A DNA stretch of 64,000 nucleotides from Klebsormidium nitens (lineage: Eukaryota; Plantae; Klebsormidiophyceae). The position numbers were made by a program, and so were the translations under genes. Under the pieces are notes generated by a model that saw only the letters and a list, made by a program, of their open reading frames with translations, made no database searches and had not been told where the DNA came from. Location of the stretch: positions 124,001-188,000 of the forward strand of contig DF237067.1 of assembly GCA_000708835.1 (NCBI GenBank), given 5' to 3'. This document shows positions 60,687-64,000 of the stretch, one piece after another. The stretch's first letter is position 1, and every line of letters starts with the position of its first letter.

Positions 60687-63600
60687 TTACAACTTGAAAG
60701 ACTGCTTCTTCCCCTTTTGATCATCGGCATCCAGAGCTTTCCCCCTCTTCTGCCCTTTATTGGCGGCAGCTTCCTCCTGCGCTTCCTGGATGCGAGCGAA
60801 CACCTGCAGACACGGGCATCATTTGCGGAGTGAGCTAACCATACCGTTGGCACATATGGTCCGATCTGGCGACTGAACTCACGTCTACAGCGGCAGAAAC
60901 AGAAAAACAGACATGGCTGAAAACTCGGCTGGTGGCAGAAAGGGGGATGTCTGCTAACAATCTGGCAAAGTCCAAGGTTGAAATGCTCGATACAAAGACA
61001 CGCTCTGATTTGCTCATGAGGCTTCAAAGGAACGCTTCAACGAATAGAAACAGACATCGCCACGAGGGTTTCCACAGACCTTCTCGTATAACAGAAACTT
61101 CATCTAGGACGACAAAGTACACACTCAAACGAGTGGAAACATTCCTACCTGCGCAGACTTGGTGAACGCGGGCTTCGCCTGGCCATCGTCCTTGTTTTTG
61201 GCCTTGGTCTTCCCGGGCTTGGTGGCAGTCTTGGCGGCAAAGGCGGCGGCGATCTCCGAGTTCGAAGCGCCACCAGCCTTGGCAGCGAGCTTGGTGCGCT
61301 TCGCCTTCTCGACTTCCGACATCTCGGCTGCACGGATTTGGACTTGAGTGTTAAACCAGTCTCTTCTGGCATCTCCAAGCTGGCCACTGAAGCTGCAGGT
61401 GCTTCGAAGTTTCTAAAAGGAGCTGAGAGCCGAATCCGTGCGGAGAAACCGGATCGGTGGCCGCATGAAACTTGGAGTAAGACGAAAAACGTGGCAGTTG
61501 CTCACTAAACTCTTCCGATTCGTGGGTTGCGAATGCTCTTGCCGTGACCTTCCTCTGGGCGAGCGAACTTCAGAACGCGGGCGCTTGAAATAAGCATAAA
61601 AGAAAAGCAAAACCTTTTGTCCTCTTGCAAGGCTTGTCGTCGTTGTCCACAACAGCAGAGCCCAGGAATTTCCGACACAAGGAAATTCCAGTTATCCGGG
61701 CACCATTTGTTGAGAGCATGACCATTTGAGGAATGCTTCAGAATGTTCGGTGCACGCTCCAGGGCAGCCGATGGGGCTGCCCGGCAGAGCGCACGCCGCA
61801 ACGGATCAACCTAGTCTAGGCGGGTTTTAGCGCTGCATGGGCCACAGCAGGGGCGCACGAGTGACTCTAAGGAACACCGCCGAAGGTAGCAATTGGCCAT
61901 CAACCGAGAAGTTAAAGAAAAAGAAAGAAACCACTGCAAGCTGGAAGCAATCAGCCGCCCAGTCCAAGGAAGGGAACGGCTAATTCCAGATTTCAAAGTT
62001 CAACGCGTGAAACCTCGGTCTTTCGAAATTGAACACGGTATACTTTCGTTTGGAAGACCTCTGGCGTACTGCTGGTCTCATGAGCAGCACTGATACGTTT
62101 AAATCAGAAACCGACTTGCCAAACTTCCAAGAGGTGAAACGATCCCAAAGGAACATCTGAGAAGATGGTCACAGTGCCAAACTCAACTCACCAAACGGCC
62201 TCGTACACGTCAGAGGCAAGGGACAAAAGCAGCGCAATCAATGCTCCTGTTTTGAATTTCAAGCCCTCTGCTGGCGGAGCGAGACTCCCTCTGAAGCTAA
62301 CTAGCCGCCAAAACCATAAACACGTTCACCCCAGACAGTAAAAAAATATGCAAAAAACTCAAGCCTCCGAACTCCCATAAACCCCTTGCGCCTCACCCTT
62401 GCGCTTGCGCTTGCACTTCGCCCGCTTGCTTCGCCGCTCCTCCTGCGTGAGCTCCCCCTCCGCTTTGACCGCTCCCGCCGCCTTGCCGCGTACACCCGCC
62501 CGCCCGTCCCCGCCCGCAAACACCTCTTCCGGGGCCAGCAGGTTGGCGTCGCTCACTGCGAGCGGCGCAACTTCCTCCATGGCGAGAGCGGGGACGTCGG
62601 CGCGCACGCTCGCGTCCTCGATCACGGGCTTGGGCGCGAAGGTGAAGTGGGACAGCGCATCGAGCTTGAGGCACAGCGACTTGAACAGCATGGCGGCCTG
62701 GAAGAGAATCAGTATGCAGGGTTCGGGCTTCAAAGCCTGGAAGTGGACTGGTTCTAAGGACCCGAGACGAAGAAACGAGATGATGCCAAATCTGGGATGA
62801 AAGAGAGTTTTCAATGGCAATCTGCGAAGGTGGTTTGGAGACAGAAGAAGTAAAGACCAAAGCAATTTCCGCCATTTTCTTCAGAGCCGAGGGGCCCATT
62901 GAAGTGTTTTTGAAGAAAGCCGGAATGGTGTAAAGTAACAATGAGCGGGCAGATTGTGTTTGTTTGCCATGGTCAGCTGAGGCTACAGAGAGACGGCAGG
63001 GCTAATCCCATACTCAACGGATCAAGATGCCTTGTGGTTGGACATTTGCAGTGTTTCGCTCTGCTGTGCCCAAGAGGACAGGGAATAACTTGTCGGAAAA
63101 GGGCCAAGACTGCGCAATCATGGTGGTTGGGTGCTGAGCTTCAGTGCGGCATATCGAAAGAACATTACGATTGCGGCAGGGAGGTCATCATCTTCCTGAA
63201 AGACACGATACGTCTGTAGAATGCTTCAGTCCTTGCGTAAAGCTCACTTCTCTTTTCACCACGTCATCCCCGGTGGCAGCAGCGATGGCGTCAGGACCCG
63301 CAGTGGCCTTCACGTACTCTTCCTGCAAATTTGTAACATCGGAGCGTAAGATGACAGACAAAGAAGCCTCGCTTCCAAAGCCAGATGCAAGGAAAGGGGT
63401 TGCAAAGATTGTTTCTTAACCCTGTGTGTAGCTTTTTGCCCAGACCAATCAAGCAACTTTTGTGACTACCAATTTCAGCATTGCGCAATACATCAAAAGG
63501 CTTGCTCGCCACGATGAGACTGGCAAAGCGTGACCCACCTCATAAATCTCGGCGAGCCCCTTCTGGCTCTTAGAATCGTCGAGCTCCTCCCTCCTTCTCG

Positions 63601-64000
63601 GGGCGCCGGTGGCGGGCGCAGCCTTTCTCACCACGTCATCGAATTGCCCCTGCGCAGTACAAATGAAAACAAAGCGAAGTTGGACGCAGGGCTTCATTCA
63701 CCAGGACAGACCAACTTCCGGGGCTGCGAAGACCTTCTAAGTCTTCCTGCGACCATTGCGCATAGCCCTCCCCTTCCAAAACGGGTGACAAGACTGGAGA
63801 TCAACAAACGAGCAATCTGCTGGAATTTACCTGTGAGCTAGTGTGTCTGGACTCCGGGACGAATGGAGTTGTCTCCTCCAAAGAGGAACTTGCACACTTG
63901 CCGGCATGCTTAGCACCGGGTCGATGCTTGAACAAAGGCTACCCGCACATACCTCGATGATTCTCTTCTTGATGATGTCCTCCAGGCTTGCCGTCACCTC
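60687..64000 (-). CDS. MPP10: U3 snoRNP protein MPP10, 3' part (5' end outside window)
   Basis: Exons >64000-63953, 63649-63539, 63322-63248, 62697-62397, 61327-61149, 60803-60687 give [16 protein letters not shown]|GQFDDVVR...[16 protein letters not shown]|EEYVK...|[21 protein letters not shown]...[10 protein letters not shown]...LAPEEVF...[13 protein letters not shown]...KSAQ|VFARIQ...SFKL*. Confidence 0.93.

Noticed and set aside
1-64000. Prokaryotic-type systems (CRISPR arrays, operons, prophage, rRNA/tRNA genes, autonomous transposase or reverse-transcriptase ORFs)
   Set aside because: None seen: no regularly spaced repeats, no RT/integrase/transposase motifs, and the window is explained by spliced eukaryotic genes.

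Overview
Intron-rich eukaryotic nuclear DNA with about 14 genes in 64 kb. It is most consistent with a streptophyte green alga of the Klebsormidium type; this is an inference from GC-rich exons, introns of mostly 70-800 nt, plant-like proteins and a CHLH2-type chelatase gene, and was not verified by search. I assembled spliced models by hand from GT/GC-AG sites and reading phase, because most entries in the supplied ORF track are exon fragments or noise. Gene order: ENY2/SUS1 (+, 5' truncated), plastid shikimate kinase (-), GnT-II/MGAT2 (+), chloroplast glutamyl endopeptidase CGEP (-), RsmD-like methyltransferase (+), an NPF/WGxF-motif trafficking protein (+), a BTB/POZ protein (-), a fungal-like SDR (-), an orphan ORF (+), a 25-exon CHLH2/BchH-type Mg-chelatase H paralog (-), an ASCH-domain protein (+), plastid Iojap/RsfS (-), a LEA_1-like protein (+) and MPP10 (-, 5' truncated). 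A 312-bp TA-flanked MITE sits just upstream of CHLH2. No rRNA, tRNA or CRISPR was seen. The most interesting leads are: (1) the ASCH protein ends in a domain patterned like bacterial CdiA/RHS BECR-type RNase toxins; (2) an aftiphilin/Laa2-like AP-1 accessory protein; (3) a candidate fungus-derived SDR; (4) CHLH2 with a ~295-aa N-terminal extension and a MITE in its promoter. All family assignments come from recalled motifs and need confirmation by search.
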